In this document: positions 57,769 through 64,000 of the stretch, one piece after another
How positions within the stretch are numbered: the first letter of the stretch is position 1
How the letters are laid out: every line of letters starts with the position of its first letter
Source of the DNA: a virus
Taxonomy: Duplodnaviria > Caudoviricetes
Strand: one strand, 5' to 3'
Virus record (IMG/VR): IMGVR_UViG_3300032007_000037
Coordinates: 32,001-96,000 of that record
Length of the DNA stretch: 64,000 bases
Made by a program: the position numbers and the translations under genes
The notes under the pieces: model-generated
The model's input: only the letters and a program-made list of their open reading frames with translations
Databases searched by the model: none
What the model was told of the DNA's origin: nothing

Positions 57769-60700
57769 ATGGATAATGAGTTAAATGAAAAAATAAATGC
57801 CTTGTGTAAACTTTCTATAGAAGTAAAAGATGGTTGTATTAAGTACCTTACGGACATTCTTCACAAAAACGGCAATAAGATAAACTGGAGGAATAATGAT
57901 GATATAGAAGAATCTGTAACAGTATCATATGATGGAGGCAATCATCCTGAATATGCCAGTAATGTGTACTCTACTGTATATGGGGTAGAAATTGATGAAA
58001 GAGGCTTTATAACCCTTGATACAGAGGACTGTAGTGAGTATGATATTTCATATGTGCCTACAATGGAACTCATTGATATATGTTCCTTTGTAGACAGTTA
58101 TCAGGAAGAATTAAATCTTAAATAATAATCATGGGCTGTAATTATTATGCAAAAATTATTCCTTCAAAAGAGCAGAAAGTATGAAAGAAAAAGAATATAC
58201 CATTACATTAACAGGGGGTCAAATGAGACTCATGGCTGATGCTATTGAGGATTGGAGTAGATTTCTTTAACCTGTCCTGAGCAAGGCCCTCTAATAAGAA
58301 TTAAACAAATTTAGTATACTTTTCTTAAAATCAAACGAATTGTAAATATGGAAATAAGCCTTCAATTTAATAAAACAACTGTTAGTTTATCTTTCAATGA
58401 GAATATAACTGATTTTGCAGATATTGACATCATGATTGACAACAATAATGAGAATGGAGATCCTGGTGTAGGTTTTCTCAGATTAAGAGAACATGAAGCA
58501 GAGTATTTAGCCCAAGTTATCATGCGCTATGTTGGGCTAAATAGAAAGGACAATGAGAGGTTCAATGCTGACCAAGTAAAGAAGATTAATTGATATGGTT
58601 AAAACAAAAGATACTGGAAATATAAGTGATAAGTAATTATGAAATTAAGAATAACTTATAGAGTAGAATCCTATGTTGAAGGAGATACTATAGAAGAATG
58701 TAGAGCAAAGTTTGAATGCTCTGACTTATGCCCTGCTGAATTTGTAGAATTAATATCTGTAGAAGATGCTGACACTTATAAGGATGTAAAAGATAAATGG
58801 GATTCTAGGGTTTATAAATAACTAAAAAGTATAATTATGTATCAAGTAACAGTACATCACCATGACAAAGATTGGGTCAGAGGTGATTTGGAAGATAAGT
58901 TTGAGCTGATTGCTCAGGAGAATTTTAAAAAAAGAGCAGCTGCTAAAGAGTTTATGGAAAAAGATGTTTCCAGAAGACGTTGCAGTGTAATCTATAGAGA
59001 TTATCATAAAGGAGATAAGCCTAGTTATATATTTGCTTATACAGGAGTTGAGTGGCAGCATGAGAACTCTGGTGAAACAATGAGAGAGTATTATGAGTAC
59101 TCATTGAAGAAAACTAAACTGAGATAATATGGAAGATTATGAGATTATAGGTTGGCCTGATATTCAGGCTTTCATGGATTTGGATGGCTTTGATGATAAT
59201 GCTACTTTGATAGAGCCCAATGATTCTATAGGTATTGGCAGTAGTACTTATCTGGTAGATAAAGAATGGTTAGAGTCTTTAGGTGAATAATTGCTATGGC
59301 AAAGAAAGCTTATTTAGTAACTTTCACTACTACAACAAGAGTAGTAGTTGATATTCCAGAAGAGTTTAATCCTAATAACTGCAATCTTGCAATAAAAGAG
59401 CATGAGGAAGCTTATGATTCCATTATAAGAGAAGCAAGGGAGAACATTTTGGAAAACCCTGAAAACTACATCTATGGAGATAATGCGGAGATTAACGAGG
59501 ATATAGAATGTCCTTATGGAACCTTTGAAGAAGACTAAATTATGAAAAAATCGTTTGTAATAACCGAAGTTTCTAGAGAAGACTTGGAAGAATTGGGATT
59601 TGATACTTCAGAAGTATCAGATGAAACTATGGAAAGATTAGCTAGTAAACTGGCTGATGACTATTGTGAACAGCTTTTTTGGACTAGTTTGGATATTATT
59701 GCTGAGTATATGAAAATACCTAAAAAAGCCCAAAGAGATTCTGGAATGGGATGAAGATAACCAAGAAGTAATACTATAATATTAAATAATTATGGCAAAT
59801 ATGGCAAGTGTGGCTTATGCTATTGAAGGGCCACAAAAAGATTTAGAAAAAATCATGGGGGCCATTTGTCTGGCAATGACAGATAAAAAGCACTGGACTG
59901 AGTATAAAGCTTGTGAACATCTTGGTTTCAGTGAGCAGGAACTAGATAACAAGAGGCTTGGAGGTGAAATTGATAGTGATCCTACCTTAGAGAATGGAGT
60001 ACTCAGATTCTATGCTGAAGAGAGATGGGGCTTGCAAGACTTTGAAGAGGTACTCAGAAAGAAGTTTCCTGATATTAAGGTCTATTGGGTTGTAGAGGAG
60101 CCTGGATGTGAGGTTTATTGTACCAATGACAAAGAAGGGAAGTATTTCCCTGAGAGATACTGGGTAGATACCGCTAAAGATGATATCTATGTGTCTGAGT
60201 ACTTTAAAACTGAAGAGCAAGTATATAAGTGGCTTAATGAGAAGTATGGAGTTAAGTCAAAGGAGGAAGTAGAAGCCTGGAATGCTGGCTATGAGGATAC
60301 TGGAGATGAATGTGAGAACTTCATCTATATTCATAAATTTGATGTAGTAGATTGACTTATGCAAATTCCTGTTAGTAAATGCTTGATACAGGTACTATAA
60401 CATTTTATAAGGAAGCATTAAGATGAAGCCAAATGAAAAAAATCGTATAATGTGTCCTGACTGTGGAAGACCCAAGATGCAGTTTGAATCTGAGAAGAAA
60501 GCTCTAAACTTTATTAAATGGAATGCAGATGATTTTGAAAGTGGGGGTGAATCACTCAGAGCATACTACTGTGAGGCTTGCTGTTGTTGGCACATATCAC
60601 ATAAACAGTATCGAAGTGGCTATGGTAAGGATCTTAATAATAAGATAGAAGCTTTTAAACAGCAAAAAAGTAGCAGTAATAAGAGACTGGATAAATTAAT

Positions 60701-61948
60701 TCGTAGTTCAAACATTGAGCCTGCTATGCATCAAGCAGAAGAAATCTACTCTCAATTAGACCTAAAATATCAGCCAAGAAAATCCCTCAGGGATATTATC
60801 AATGATTTTCTTAGGAATCATGAGGAGTACCAAGATTCTCCTACTTTGCGGAATGAAATAGCCCATTTATACGATATTGACAGTAGAAAGAAAAAGAAGA
60901 ATAAAATATGAAACTAATAGAGAGTAAAGCAGGACATGTCCCTCAAGAAGAAGATTTTGAGGAAATATACAAAAATGGTTTAATATGAGTTGTAATTATT
61001 ATGCGCATATCATTCCTTCAAAAGAAAGGAAGAAGAAACTCCACGATGCTATAGAAGCTAATGACTTTCCTCTAATTAACAAACTAACGAATGAAATGTA
61101 TGATCGCATTAGGGTTGAGTATGGAGAAGGTCATATTACTGGTGGAGTAGTACATCTGGGCAAGAGGTCATGTGGCTGGAAGTTCTTATGGAACCCTAAT
61201 GTCTTTGTAATTAGAAATGGACACTTAGAAGATAATAATGGTATAAGGAGGTATGTTCCTGACCCAGACACTCCTCTATATACATACCCTCTTACCAAAA
61301 AAGGGCTTAAATCCTTTATTGATAAAGGGGATGTGCTTATTTATGATGAGTATAATGAGCTTCAAGACAAAGAAATCTTTTGGGACATGGCTCTTAAATG
61401 GGGCTATGAGAAGGATAATGAAGGTTGGGATGCTGCATCCTATGACAGAAAGCGCACTTCCTATCCTGTCACTGGAGAACTTACTGATCTTCTTAAAAGG
61501 GAAGGATATAAGTTTACTTCCTACACTAACTCTGACTTCTATTCAGATGGTTTGAGATTTGCAGGATTTATAGATTTTAGTTAATATGAGTAGAAATGAA
61601 AGTATAACCCTATCCCCCAAACATGGGGTAAATCCCTCAGTGACTCACTGTGAGTGCTGTGGAAAAGAGATTGGTCTGGCTTTATTTGGCAGACTTAAAG
61701 GAGATGCAGAGGCTCCTCGTGATGTAGCAATGGGACTCTGTGATGACTGCAAGAAGGTCATTGATGCCCAAGGCTTAATGATTATTGAGGTCAGAGATGG
61801 TGAGACTGGTAAAAATCCATACAGAACAGGAAGACTTGTAGGTATTACAAAGGAAGCCAAGGAGAGGATGTTCAAGGATATTAAGTCTCCCATGTGCTAT
61901 ATGGAGCAATCTATGTTCAGTCCTATGTTTGGTCAATATTGTAAGTAA
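57769..61948 (+). CDS. run of small, mostly acidic hypothetical genes (57769-58125, 58348-58593, 58639-58821, 58837-59127, 59296-59538, 59542-59754, 59792-60355, 60423-60911 Zn-finger, 60985-61584, 61586-61948 CxxC)
   Basis: Co-oriented ORFs with A-rich starts; CxxC motifs in 60423 and 61586. Confidence 0.65.
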
Positions 61949-61960
61949 AACAAAAAGAAA

Positions 61961-62617
61961 ATGACAGACAACTTTGATAGATACAGGGAGTTCATTAATC
62001 TTTGTGGTGGACTCCCTGACACTAATGAGAAAGGAACTCTTGACAAATACTATGTAATAGAGTTGATGCGCAGAGGCAAGGATAATCCTGATATGCCTGC
62101 TGCTAACTATCACTTCAGGAACTACTACATCTACTCATGGTATGACTTGGAGAAGTATGAGGAGGAGATTAAATCCATCTGCACACTCTTGAAGATGAGA
62201 GCCTATTGCTCTGTAAACTACAAACTGATGTCTCAGGTGGCTCTTGACACTTTGGCAGAGTCAGCAAGAAGAATTGCAGCTCATGATTATAAGAAGTTCT
62301 ACAACATCTTTGAGTCCTGTTCAGGTAAATATACTCCTTCGGGTAATAACCTATGGGTCATTGACTTGGATGGAGATTACTCTGAGGAAGCAATCAACAA
62401 ATTGCACATCTACATTAACCTTCAGAAGTCAAAACATGCAGAGAAGGTAGTTTATCAGATGCCTACAAAATATGGCTTGCATCTTATTTGTCATCCTTTT
62501 AACCTCCAAGAGTTTCAGAAGGGATTCAAGGCTCTTGAAGCTGCTACTTTTGGGGCATTCCTAGAGGCTCCTGATGTGAAGAAGAACCACCTGACATTGC
62601 TCTATGAGAATCTTTAA
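61961..62617 (+). CDS. AEP/PrimPol-fold-like protein
   Basis: WVIDLD and TKYGLHLI motifs. Confidence 0.5.
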   Translation: MTDNFDRYREFINLCGGLPDTNEKGTLDKYYVIELMRRGKDNPDMPAANYHFRNYYIYSWYDLEKYEEEIKSICTLLKMRAYCSVNYKLMSQVALDTLAESARRIAAHDYKKFYNIFESCSGKYTPSGNNLWVIDLDGDYSEEAINKLHIYINLQKSKHAEKVVYQMPTKYGLHLICHPFNLQEFQKGFKALEAATFGAFLEAPDVKKNHLTLLYENL

Positions 62618-62641
62618 AATCTAAGTAAAATCCTAAGAATT

Positions 62642-63007
62642 ATGGCAGAGTGGAGAGATGTTGTTTGGTGGGATGACTACCAAGTTAGTGATGAAGGTGA
62701 GATTGTCCGTAAGAAAGATGGTGTCATCATGAAACAGTATATCCAAAAGAGTGGTTATGCAGCTGTATATCTAAGGAAAAATGGCTGGACATCAGCTGTT
62801 ATGGTTCATCGGATAGTTGCCAAAGCATTTTTAAGAGATGACTTCAAAGATGATAAATGGATAGTAGACCATATTAATACTATTCGTCATGACAACAGGC
62901 TCTGCAATCTCAGAGTAGTAAATGCTTGGAGTAATGCTAATAACGAGACAACCAGACTGAATAGAAAGAAATCTAGGAAGAAGAAGAATGACTCTGATGA
63001 AAATTGA
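62642..63007 (+). CDS. NUMOD4-HNH endonuclease (short)
   Basis: YQVSDEG; VHRIVAKAF; VDHINTIRHDNRLCNLR. Confidence 0.85.
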   Translation: MAEWRDVVWWDDYQVSDEGEIVRKKDGVIMKQYIQKSGYAAVYLRKNGWTSAVMVHRIVAKAFLRDDFKDDKWIVDHINTIRHDNRLCNLRVVNAWSNANNETTRLNRKKSRKKKNDSDEN

Positions 63008-63185
63008 GAATTTTGTAACTATAAATTGAGAATTATGTTCTGCAAATACAAGGGTAAAGAATGTCCTTATGCTGGTAGTATGAAGATAGCAGGTTGTAAG
63101 GAATGGGGAGAAACAGAAGGTATTCATGAATATACTATCTGTTACAATGATGGGATTGGCAGAGATGTAACTAAATGTAAATGAT

Positions 63186-63653
63186 ATGATAGAACTGAAT
63201 GAGAAAACCCAACAGGATTTCCTTAATAGGGAGTGGGTACAAAGACTCTTGGAGGCAGGAGTTGATATGAGTGATGCTAAGTATTACATAGTTTATGACA
63301 TAAATGAGCAGCGAGACTATATTAGATTTGGTAAGCAGCCTTTAACATTTGCTTGTACCCACATACGACAAATTCCTACCTACACAGTGTCAGAATTACT
63401 CTATAAGCTGCATGAATGGATATATCCTACTATTGATGGGGAAGAATACTCTGGAGGATTGAAGGTATCAAAGGATGCTCCTTTTTATATTGCCCACTAC
63501 GATTTGAAAAATAAAGAGGATAATGCGCAACATGAGGAATTCTATGCAAAATCAAAGTATCCTATTGAATCCCTTGCTATGCTATTAATCCAATGTCATA
63601 AGAAATATATTGGCATTAAAACAAAGGACACTAAAAATATTGATAATAAGTGA
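63186..63653 (+). CDS. hypothetical protein
   Basis: Clean ORF, IPTYTVSELL motif. Confidence 0.65.
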   Translation: MIELNEKTQQDFLNREWVQRLLEAGVDMSDAKYYIVYDINEQRDYIRFGKQPLTFACTHIRQIPTYTVSELLYKLHEWIYPTIDGEEYSGGLKVSKDAPFYIAHYDLKNKEDNAQHEEFYAKSKYPIESLAMLLIQCHKKYIGIKTKDTKNIDNK

Positions 63654-63677
63654 TTATGAAATTAAAATAGTACAAGG

Positions 63678-64000
63678 ATGGTATTGAACGAGAGGGGTAA
63701 CATAAAACAGTTTAATCTGGTATGTTATCCAATAGATTTTACAGTGGTCATAGGTGAACTGGAAAAGGAAGTAAATAAAATCTACAGACCCTATGAAGAG
63801 GAGTATAAAGATGCATGGATCATAGCTCCTAAATCTACAGGCACAACTTATAGGGTATTAGAAAGAAAGACGGGTATACCATGTGTTCTCATATGGATTA
63901 AGAAGGTAGAAGAATTTACGTCATCTATTGTATCTCATGAGTGTGGACATGCTGCCTTGGAAATTTGGAATTATATCAAATCGGAAGTGTTTCTTACCAA
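63678..64000 (+). CDS. HExxH zinc metallopeptidase-like protein, truncated by window end
   Basis: Open frame from ATG 63678 contains IVSHECGHAALE. Confidence 0.6.
   Translation, partial: MVLNERGNIKQFNLVCYPIDFTVVIGELEKEVNKIYRPYEEEYKDAWIIAPKSTGTTYRVLERKTGIPCVLIWIKKVEEFTSSIVSHECGHAALEIWNYIKSEVFLT

Noticed and set aside
1026-63127. Many short opposite-strand or alternate-frame ORFs in the track (e.g. 3830-4312, 7507-7935, 25955-26386, 39453-39887)
   Set aside because: Shadows of real genes or RNAs; no motifs or start context.
1-64000. Stop-codon reassignment (TAG/TGA), as in some crAss-like phages
   Set aside because: Long genes on both strands are open in code 11, TAG ends plausible genes (4450, 21856, 30952, 33024), and the three broken core genes are explained by introns.

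Overview
A 64-kb segment of a large AT-rich Bacteroidota phage genome, most likely crAss-like (Crassvirales). The assignment rests on gene content, Bacteroidetes-type TAnnTTTG promoters and SD-less A-rich starts; it was not checked by a search. (1) 1-17.9 kb, + strand: a dense island of tRNAs, tRNA-like and other structured RNAs, plus small early-type genes and two free-standing NUMOD4-HNH endonucleases. (2) 17.9-31.9 kb, - strand: tail-fibre/structural genes with a complete diversity-generating retroelement (target-VR, hairpin, avd, TR, RT; all 16 TR/VR mismatches fall at template adenines). (3) 32.2-64 kb, + strand: a replication module with SF2 and DnaB-like helicases, AAA ATPase, SSB, primase, rIIA/rIIB, UDG, nucleases, dUTPase and PolA. 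Three group I introns split rIIB, ung and polA; their splice sites can be read from the sequence. The most novel-looking signals are in the RNA island: a 262-aa uncharacterised protein followed immediately by a ~290-nt RNA with hexamer repeats and a circularly permuted tRNA-like domain; five tRNA scaffolds whose anticodon loops are replaced by larger inserts; U/G-rich tracts antisense to translation starts, followed by a conserved GTGA-loop hairpin; and a hairpin displaying a copy of the Bacteroidetes 16S anti-Shine-Dalgarno tail. All folds were done by eye and all family calls come from motif recognition; no searches were run.
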